NCBI GenBank assembly: GCA_964658305.1
Contig: OZ210885.1
Coordinates: 3,534,001-3,598,000, forward strand
DNA: 64,000 nucleotides
Reading direction: 5' to 3'
Origin: Leptogorgia sarmentosa
Taxonomy: Eukaryota
A model generated the notes under the pieces. That model searched no databases. It was not told where the DNA came from and saw only the letters and a list, made by a program, of their open reading frames with translations. The position numbers were made by a program, and so were the translations under genes. This document shows, piece by piece, positions 1 through 10,300 of this stretch; the stretch's first letter is position 1; every line of letters starts with the position of its first letter.

Positions 1-635
1 TAAGTTGTCAATGATGTTTATGGAATGTATATACAGTATAAACTCTAATATAGTCTTGATCACCACGCATACTGTATAATTTATCGTAAGCAAAACATTT
101 GTAAGACTGATGAGACATACATTTTGATTTTAAACTCATATTATCAGAGAGTTTAAGCTTCGGTCAACGGCGAACGGAAGGTCTAACTTTTGCTGCAGAA
201 TGTTGGTTTTACCACTTCATTTCAAATTTTCTTTCTCATGTTAAAAGAATAATTAAACATTGAAGTTTTGAAACAACAAGTCCATTGACATTCTACTGCT
301 TACGGTTGAAACTTTGTCAGTTTGTGTCTGCTGTTTGACGTTTGACACTTGAAAGCGAATCTTGAAGCCTTAAACTTTCTATGATCGATATTGGTGGGCA
401 ATTGGCGTAAAAAAATATTGTCAATACTGTTGGTGTACTGACCTACAACCGTATCACACATTACCTTCAAACACCAGCAAGGATATGCTGAAATAAGAAA
501 GCCAACGATGAAAAAGCCACGACATCTTTTCGTAGATTTTCAATACTGAAAGAGTAAGAGCATGTACTTCCGCATCACATTATTTCTCAATAATCAACGA
601 AATGAAAAATATATGCACCAATTATTAACAATTAA
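1..635 (-). repeat. Inverted copy of the paralogues' upstream region
   Basis: The reverse complement matches ~14795-15417 and ~29060-29677. For example, 1-40 reverse-complements to TATACATTCCATAAACATCATTGAC at ~29646-29670. Confidence 0.85.
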
Positions 636-3144
636 ATTATCCCCGCGAGGCAAGCCGTTCGGTCGTTAGCCCGGGCTGAGGGTAATAATTCCGCACGGCT
701 ATTTACACCAGGGTAAAGGAAAGCATAGCGGAGTCTGAAACATTGAACTAAAAAATAACTAGAACGATAAGTCAGGGGGGAAATTGAAGCCGTGCTTGAA
801 GATGTTTTTGTATGCAGACCCAGTTTTTTTCGAATATTATATGTAGCATGATAATTAAATTGTAAGGCGTGCGTTCATAGTCTTAGTTCTTAAAAGTTTG
901 AGACAAAACAGAGACAAAACTAAGACGTCAAACCTCAGGAATTATTTAACCCTATGTAAAATACATCAGTATGCGAAGCTTCGTGAAGATTGGACGCATG
1001 AAAGTCGAAAGAAATGCGTTTGATTTTAATGTTGACAAAAACACTCATTACCAGAAATCTTAAGCGTCGCGCCCGCTGTCATGTGTCAGCGGCAACAATC
1101 ATGAATTAAAATTATTCAATGAGCAGGCGATGAAGCGAGTCAGAATCACTATGTAGCACAAGACGTATATTATATTTACCACAGAGAAAAGTGAGGCAAA
1201 TTTATTTATTCGCGGCTCAAAACTACTTGATTCTTAAACCTGTAATATTCTTTTTTGCTAACCTTTTCGTTTTAACGCTTCGTTTTTGTTCATTTGACCA
1301 CGTTTGTAGCCTAACCGCGTGGGATTATGTAGGAATTATTACAAATATCAAATGTAAGGAGCATGAAATGCGATAATCGTAGAAGTAATGTTAATTTTAT
1401 TCATTTTGAGCTAACTTTTTTCCATACTTTCCTTTCATGCTTAATATGCTTAACCAAAATTCCCATTTTTAATTTTTGGTGTAAAAATACTAAAAAAGCT
1501 GCATTAACCAGTATACTCCTATGGCTTCCAATAAATAATAAATGATTCACGACTTTGAATTGTGAAGGCCTGGGGAGAGCGCATCATTTTAGGAATGGTT
1601 AAGTTGTCTGGTGATTATTTATTCGGAGTACTCGGATTGCCCACGAGAAGTGCGAAGTCAAAAATAGCAACATTTGCAAAAGTCGATTTATTAAAAGACT
1701 CATAGCGACAATGAAATGGTTAAAATGACAGTTTCATTATTTTTGTTGGTTGAAGCTAGAGCAAACATTTGTCATTTTTTTGAAATATAAAACTAAAAAT
1801 CCTCACTATTTGCCGTGTACTCCTTGGCAATTTTTGCTCAAAAACAAACTTGTGAGAAAAAATCCTCACTCGATCCTCCGAACTCTCTCAGTCCTTTTGT
1901 ATATTAATTTTACTGCGGGCCGGGTTCTGCCAATCATAGGACCAAATCATAGAAGTTATCATCCCAAATGCTTCAGACAGAAGATCCATCTTGAAATTCT
2001 AACTAAAGCTAAAGGTGAAGAACATGTTTTTTAAGACTTATATTATTCGAATAACCGCAAATGGGCTCAAATCCACCAAAACCTCGCCCTTAATAATTCC
2101 TTATATGTTCGATCTCATTCCATAATTGTTAATAATTAGTGCATATATTTTTCATTTCGTTGATTATTGAGAAATAATGTGATGCGGAACTATACGCTCT
2201 TAGTCTTTCAATATTCAAAGTCAACGAAAAAATGTCGCGACTTTTTCATCGATGGCTATCTTATTTTAGCATATCCTTGGTTGTGTTTGAAGGTAATGTG
2301 TGATACGGTGTAGTCAGTACAGCAACAGTACTGACAATATTTTTTACCCCAATTGCCCACCAATATCGCATGGCTAGAAATATGCGACATGCAGTATTAC
2401 GCAAAGGGCATTCGGACTTTCAAAATGCTCGTTAATTTATAGTATGCAGCAAGGCAAAATAGTATGTTTTCTTACATGCGAAGTATAAACATGGTAAATC
2501 GACTTGTAGCGAATCGAAAAAGCAAAATATTGTGATATTTAGAAGCCGATAAACCTTGTCCCCGAGCGATTCAAACGTATCCATGGATTGTAGCGTATTA
2601 GCCGCCATTAATCATCAATTCTTATATACTTCACTGAAAGAGAGCGGTGTTTTAGGATACATGAAATACAAATTCCAACATGCGAAGCTTGATTTGTCAA
2701 GATGGGGTTTCGGCGGCTTCAACTAATATAAAACCTATAAAAGGTTACGTATCTTTCCCTTGTCCAGCTTTACGTTTATGTTCGGCAAAGTGCTTCGCTT
2801 TGCTTGAAATATCCATAACTATTGAAGAGAAAGAGAAACTGACAAAGTTTCAACCGTAAGCAGTAGAATGGAAATGGAGTTGTTGTTAAATTATTCTTTT
2901 GACATGAGAAAGAAAGTGGTTAAACCAAATTCCGCGGCAAGAGTTAGACCTTCCGTTCGCCGTTCACCGAAGCATAAACTCCCTGATAATATGAGTCTAA
3001 AAATCAAAATGAATGTTATATTTGGTTTAAAAATGTTTTGCTTGCGATAAATTATGCAGTATGCGTGGTGGCATTAATGATCAAGACTATCATAGGCTGA
3101 GTTTATACTGCATATACATTGCCTAAACATTATTGACAACTTAG

Positions 3145-3243
3145 GTTCTGGAAGTTGGTTCAGGAACAACAACTTAATTGGTTCAGGAAGTTGTGATATT
3201 ATAGTTAAGTGCCTGTTAACTGTTGTATATCTCTGGGTAGAAG
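3145..3243 (+). other. Candidate leader/signal-peptide exon (no ATG found)
   Basis: ttag|G...IIVKCLLTVVYLWVE-G|gtttat would splice in phase 1 to DCRG-LFLRH, giving a signal-peptide-like stretch. Homologues at 15418-15516, 29678-29768 (frame-breaking indels) and 56585-56680 (3-nt indel); deleted upstream of copy 4. Confidence 0.35.
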
Positions 3244-3974
3244 GTTTATAAATTACACTGAAACCCTGTCGTTATTATTAGTACCTTGATAAAAACGAAA
3301 CGAAAACGAGTTATATATATCGTTTGGTACATATGAGAATGCTCACACCAGACGCATCTGATACGCACCGAGACATCAACACATCCACACATGCGCAGAG
3401 AGGCATTGGGGCAGAGTGGTAAATAGACATTGCTAGAATGTGCCTATTTATAACAATGTTGAAAAACAATATGATGTATTCACGAGTAACAATCGTGTTT
3501 AAGCGTGCATTGACATGCACATTGACAGGGTGCATTTAGCTATATTATAGGTATTGACTTATTAAGAATTTAAGATATCTTTGTAAAGCCCACTGACGCC
3601 ATCGATTTTCTGCCCTTAATTGGGATTTCAAAGGAGGAGCTTCGTAAATTCTGAAGAAGAATATTTCGCCAATAATGCATGCATGCACTCGTGGGTTCAA
3701 CTTCGTGCTATGGGCATCGAAATTCTAACAATGGATTATTTTAAATATTTGCGATTTTTTTGTACACCCTGTATGTGAAAATTGAAGACATTTTGTGCAG
3801 CTAAAATATATTCATGTCGAAAAGGTTGGGGGGGAAGCAATATCAATGTGTCGCGGGATCAGAACTTTACATGTATAGCCTGAGTATATTCGGAAATTAT
3901 TTTACTGAAAGTTCTTTGTTATCAGTGTCATTGATAATTGCGTCATCATTCAATTTTTATCCTTCTTTGTTCAG

Positions 3975-4382
3975 ATTGTCGAGGTCTTTTCCTCAGGCAT
4001 ACCCAGACTGGAAAGTGTATTACGCCATCGGAAGATCTCGTGTACGATGATCCAGACGTCTCTCGTCCTTACTTTGTTGTATTGACTGACAACTGCTTGA
4101 ACGATACAGCACAATTCCGTTATCTTGACAGGCCGCTGTTATTCAATATTGAGAAGCAAGGAACGCTGTGGTCTCCCGGCGGCTATATGTCTCGTTGGTG
4201 GGTTTACAATGGCGTACATCCCAGTAGAGTTAGGAGTGAAATCAGCAGTTCCAATTATTTAAAACAAACAGCTGCAGGGTCTTTATTCTTGTACAATCGG
4301 GGTGTATGTGCTCAGTCCAGTTCATCAAATTATCTATTACGTGCAACGTGTGGTAACACAGCAGAGCAAAAGTTTACCTTTG
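3975..4382 (+). CDS. Copy 1 exon A: ricin-B/beta-trefoil-like N-terminal domain (hypervariable between paralogues)
   Basis: ttcag|AT...TTTG|gtaag, phase 1-1. FLRHTQTGKCI, AQFRY and EQKFTF resemble the GKCL and QxW/F repeats of ricin-B lectins. Fold assignment is by motif only. Confidence 0.7.
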
Positions 4383-7300
4383 GTAAGTGAGAATTATACT
4401 GGACACCCCGCACAATTATATCGAAAGAATAAAACTGATTACTATATTCGTCTTCTCCCCGACAGATTTCTTTTGAAATAAACTTGAAAGAAATTCGTCG
4501 AATGAGGGCAAACATTGGGCTTGATAATTCTTCATATTGTGCGAAAACCGAATTTAATAATTGTTTTATTATTTATTTACAGTCGATTTCAGGTCAATTC
4601 ACTGTTTGTATTTAGCCAACCAGAAACCAGGAATTTTAAAATAAATAATAACGGATTTTGCATTGTGTGTAGCAAAGAAATATTTGCAAAATGGAATTTG
4701 AAATTGCGAAAGCTAATTAAGTCTACAGTTCAAAATGTTAATTATCAGGTGACTGTGTCAAATCGCTTTTCACATTTGGTTTATCTCTACTTAGGGCGAT
4801 GTGAGATTTCCCTATGACCAGACGAAAATCTTTTATTTGGATTTTTTTAAAATGCATTCCACGATTGGGAAAATTAGTCTAATATCAACTCTGTTTTATA
4901 GGTGCAGTGACAGCCTATAACGCTGAAATGGAAAATGTCCACTGCTCTTCAGAACAGCATATGATGGTAAAGAGTGCTGATTATGGAGATTTTAATGATA
5001 GTGGTACATTTAATCACAACCCAAAAAACATTGATACACAATGTAGCAAGCTTACCAATTGCCAAGTGAAATCTCGTTGTAGCGGAGGGAAATCGTGTGA
5101 ACTGGTAATCGACAGTAATTTGCTACCATCGCAATATTGTTCTGATACTTCAAAACAAATATACACCAAGTACACTTGTGTGGATACCAACAGCTCCTCC
5201 GCTATAACTGCAGGTAAAATTTATTGAAATGCTATTGTATATTATTTTTTCTCTTTTAAAATCCCTTTTTTGCACTCTTGATGTTGATGAATCAAAGTTA
5301 ATGATCTAAATTCTTTGTTTGAGATCATTTACATTAGGGTCGACATATGAAAAGTTCCACGTCTGAACTACGATCTTGGCCAATAATGCATGGAACGGCA
5401 GGCCGAACCGACTATTTCCAGTTTTAAATATGACTAAATATGATGTTTTACCTCAAGGGATTCTAATAATTATACGCACGACAAATGAATCATTGTTCGA
5501 TAATTTAAGGCCGAGACTGTAGGCCTGAGGATCGTTATCGCAGGCTCATGAGACCAGCAATTGAAAACCGAATAAATGAGACACAGCGACAACTATCTTT
5601 ACTTTGGATGTGCAGTGTCCTCAGAGCATGGAATGACTTCAAAACTACATGTTTGCATTATGAAGTATATAAGGCTCGAAAGAATTTTATATGATTTATT
5701 ATGGCAATCACATTAACAAAAAATAGTATCAATAATATGTGCAAGGTGACCCAGCCAAAGCAATTAAAGTTCTCCATCAAGAACGAGCACTTTTCCTACG
5801 ACGTTTTTTGAATGCGAAGTATTTCATAACCATAATAAGCGATGAAACGCAAATCCCAGCAGCAATTTCTTTAAGAAAATATATTTTTCTTTGCTTTTGG
5901 TTAAAATGTGTTCAGAAAGTTAAAATAAGTACTGCCCAACTGTTTCACGACTTGGAAAACAGCTCTATCGAACGATAACAAAGCATATGAATTATTTAGG
6001 AGTGTTCATGATTTGATAATATTATTAATGTTTCAGCTTCCAATATTAGATTGTCAAACCGAAACGAGGGGTATATTGAAATAAAAAATGGTTCAATATG
6101 GAAGAAAGTTGTTGAGGAAAACTGGGATAAAAACCGTCAAAAAATGCTGTGTCAGTATTTAGGATTTGAAGAGATTGATGGCAATAATATTGAAACTACA
6201 CAGTTAGGGAGTGGACAAAAGATTGCAACTGGGGGCCTGATATGTTATAACACACAATCAAACATAGCATCCTGTTGTGTCCATCTTAATCCTTTAACAA
6301 CCAATACAAGTACTACGATTCCAGATGTGAGATGTAAGTACGCGGCTCTGCGTGTAGCAACTGAGAGGATGTTTGCTAAACGTTTCGGAAAAGTCTGGAT
6401 TTGCCCCCCCCCCTGCCGAATAGCTCCCCCGTCGCCACTGAGCTGTGTAACAAAAAATCTGAAAAACTATTATCCACCCATCAGTTCTATATACAGAGCA
6501 GCCATGTTACTCTAAATTAATGTTGGTGCTGCATTAATACATTTCCGCTATACTGGAATGGATTTCTAAGCATGTGAACGAGGCCGAAAAATGCATCAAA
6601 CATTTAACTCACTGCGATGATTGTGTTTTTGTTCAAAGTAAACACCTACCTTAATGAATGACGTAATTTCAACCTACGAATGTGGCTGAATCAATGTTCT
6701 GAAAATGTACATAATTCAGTCTGAGATATTCAGTTTCCTACAACAATAAGTAATATTGTATTCCTGCACCGATGAATTTAATTTAGTTTTTCAATTTTCG
6801 TCGCAGGCAAAATATGTAAGAACCCACTACTGCAAGAAGAAAATACTTTTCCAGACTCTGTGCTTTCCGGCAGTGGTGATCCAAGTGGGAACTACAAAGA
6901 TGCAAGAATCACTAAAAGTGGCTGGTGTCCATTGGGGTCCGGCAGCACATACCTCTTGCTCGACCTTCAGAAAGAATATCACATAACTCAAGTCGTGGTT
7001 ATGGCTGATGAAGAACAAACAAAATGGAGCGGCTCATATTCTTTGAAATACAGTCACGACACTTCTTATAAAAACAGCGCAAAGGTACAGTTATTATAGT
7101 AATGAAGTTATGGTTTCCTGAAAATGAATGGTAGAAAAAAGTTGGTAGAGAAGACTTCATGAAACAAGACCTTGCTGACGTATCGAGATTGACAAACTCC
7201 TACCCTTGTAATATAAAATAGAAACGTGATTTACCTAATTCCGGCGATCTTCAGTGCATGGTATACAATAGCGTATAATTAATTAACTATAAAGCGTCGA

Positions 7301-10300
7301 AAAAGTGAGGAGATTTTAAATCTAAGAGTCTAAGACAGCACATAATTTTATTTAACTTAACAAGGAATTGAACGAATTTAATTATCGATGATGTACATAT
7401 TACTTAACGTAACTGTTTGAGATCACGAGTTCTTCCTAATTTTCAGGAATTTGGAAACCAAAACGGCTACCAAGCATCAAGAACAAGCCTTAATATTTAT
7501 AATGTTAGACGCATGAAAATAGAGTCCACTGGAAACAGAAACTTTTGTCTACGTATACAACTTTGTGGAGAGGGTAAGAAATTGAGGAACAGTGAATAAC
7601 ATACATGAATGCCGAGATTGTCAGCTCGCAAAGAAACAGGTTATTTAGTCGAATACAAAGTTTTCATTGTATTTTAATATCAAACAAATTTTGGGAGTAA
7701 TTAGCATGGTAAATCGTGTTAGTCAATAGTCAATATTCAAGATATGAAGATAATTCAAGATGTTTCGCGACTTAAATTAGAGCGGTTTCTGGCCCCCTCA
7801 AATTTCTTTCAGGACCATTCTCACAAAAGGTCTAAAACTGTGTAGATGTGATAAACGGCGGGGGGGAGGGGGGGGTGTGGGTGTAAGGGGCGTTAGAAGA
7901 TCCAATAATGATGCTGTTGAAGCATAGAATATTATGCTTTAATCTGAAATCTCACCAGGAAAATGCAGTCTAAATTTCAACATTTTCTGGTGGAGCAAGC
8001 ACTTGCCCGGGATCCCCTGCAGTACCACGAATCTCGCTCCAAAAAAAATGACCTTGGCTTGATCGTCTATACTTTGTTTTTAGTTCAAACGCCAGCTCAA
8101 GTATCCAATATCTCAGTTTCACCATCAAAATTCTCTGCAACAGTAATGTGGAAAATATCTACATCCACTCAGCACTCCAGCTATATAACAGGGATCATCA
8201 TATACATCAACGGCCAAGTACACAAGACTGTATCTCGGGGGACTCAAGTATCTATAGAGGGACTTTTACCGTACACTTCGTATTCCGTGGGAATTCAAAC
8301 TCAGGATGGTTCATCACAAAAGAGTCAAATAGTTACCAAACCTTTCATGACAAGAGGAATTGGTATGTTTGGGGAATCATGCTTCCATGGAGATATCTTA
8401 TTCGACCTTAATTTCGTGTGACTTTTCTTTCGCGATTCGAAAAAATCGCAAATTAAAGTCCCGCGAAAAACTCTTCCCCACAAATTTACACACGCGAAAT
8501 TAAATACCCTCGTATATAAACAATTTAAAATTATTAAATTATTAATGTTCTCATAAATACAATGAATCACATGTTGAAGAAGGTTGGGATAGCGAACGTT
8601 CATATCAGTACATAAGAACTTCCCCTAGAAGACCAATTGTCGAATGAGTTTCATGTGAAGTAGAAAAAACATTATGGGCTACTTGTCGTGGTTCTGTCTT
8701 CCTTGAAAAGTTGTTTAAATATTTTAAGTTGAAGTTTAAATCATAGTGTAAATGATTCTCAGGAAAAACTCTATCCCTTTTTCTATTTTCGGTCATTAAA
8801 ATCGCGAAATATGGTTTCCAAAAAATCGCGAAATTAATTAGGTGCAAAATTAAGTACGAATAAGGTATGTAATCGTTGGGTTAAAATTCTTAGAAAATTT
8901 ATTCACATAGCCCCATTACGATTTTTCTTTCATGGATTAGTTAAGTTGTGGTAGGGTGCTGCTTGTGCAATCATCTTCTATAATCTGCTAAAATCGGGGA
9001 CAAATTTATTTCCGCTTCGAATTCTGGAAAATTCATTCATCAAAGTGAACATCACCTTGTCATGATAACACTGTATTTTGAAGCTACACACAGCATTGTT
9101 CGAATCTATACTATTATAAACAACAACTTTTCCTCTTTCATAATATGTGATTGATCTTCCATTTTTTCTTGTCGTAGCACCTCCCATAGTCGTTTCAAGG
9201 ATCGTATCAACGGCCTCTAAAACGTACACTATCTTCTGGGTTCAACCAACACTACCGGCTGGACAAACCGTCCTGAAGTACTTTATAAACTACAGAGTTC
9301 TCAATGGGCACAATAATTCAAGAAATGTATCAAAGGATATGACATCTATTACTATTGATGTTGAATATGAGAAACAATATATTTTTGAAATACAAGTTGT
9401 GACCGAGCCGGGAATGAGTAATGTGACGTCAAGAACCTGGTTCTCTCATTCAGGTAAAAATACATGAATTTTTTTTGTACAATGTGACAGTAACAACGGT
9501 TTAGTCTATGGAACTGCCAAATTTATCTGCGCCGAATTTTTTCTTGGAGGGAGGGATGGGTACTTGAAGAAACTTCTCAACCAGCCTTAGTACACCTCAA
9601 ATTTCTGGCATATAGTTAAAATGTCGGCGATTTAAACAATTTAGTTGTCTTTCTATTATTTATTCAATTTTATTTGTTTTTTATCCCTTCTATGTAGCGC
9701 CCTTGAAAACGCCGACCAAAAAGAACGACAGTTACACAGTAACACTGATAAAGCCAAGAAAAGAGCAAAATATTAAGTAAGTTGACATGAAATAGTTAAT
9801 AATTTGAAACAACTCACTCATAATGAAATCATTTTGTTGTAAAATATGTCTTTGTTCTCTTTTCTTTGAACTCTCGGAAACTGTGCTATTTAGTTACTTA
9901 CCTTGAGCTGGTTGACGTTGTCCGCGGTTAAAGTGCGAAAGTTTAGTCAGACGAAACTGTAGGTAAAAGTTGTAACTAAACTGCAACTACTGCGAATTGC
10001 AAGAAGAAACAACTGAAGGTTCCGGATAGCGAAATACCTACACGCAGATACTTTCTTTTCTTAGGCAAGTCGCTCTTGTGTTACTCAAATCAAAAAATCT
10101 CCTGGCACCAGAAGAAGTTGAGCTGCGGTTGTGCCGAGAAGAGAACGATATCGCCTTTAAAGCTAAAGTATTTGATATAACGGACTTTCAAGAAGATACA
10201 ATAGAAATATCACTTCAACAGACTCCAGACAAACGCCGAAGAAAGAGAAATGCAGTTGTAGTTGAGGCATTGTCACCTATGTCAACCTACAGAGCTGCCC

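Noticed and set aside
3709..3777. MGIEILTMDYFKYLRFFCTPCM as the first coding exon
   Set aside because: Not hydrophobic enough, frame differs between copies, and it is replaced in copy 5. It ends in TTTTTGTACACCCTGTA, which resembles a Tc1/mariner terminus.
5739..5978. 79-aa ORF repeated in every unit (also 4515-4817, 2868-3050 and similar)
   Set aside because: Intronic or upstream, with non-ATG starts in several cases, frameshifts in some copies and no domain signal. Recurrence is explained by recent duplication.
6334..6515. Read-through of the SRCR ORF (KYAALRVATERMF...PPP) as coding sequence
   Set aside because: A strong T|GTAAGT donor at 6333 gives an in-frame join to exon D. The extension lies in a MITE-like element, and poly-C length differences shift its frame between copies.
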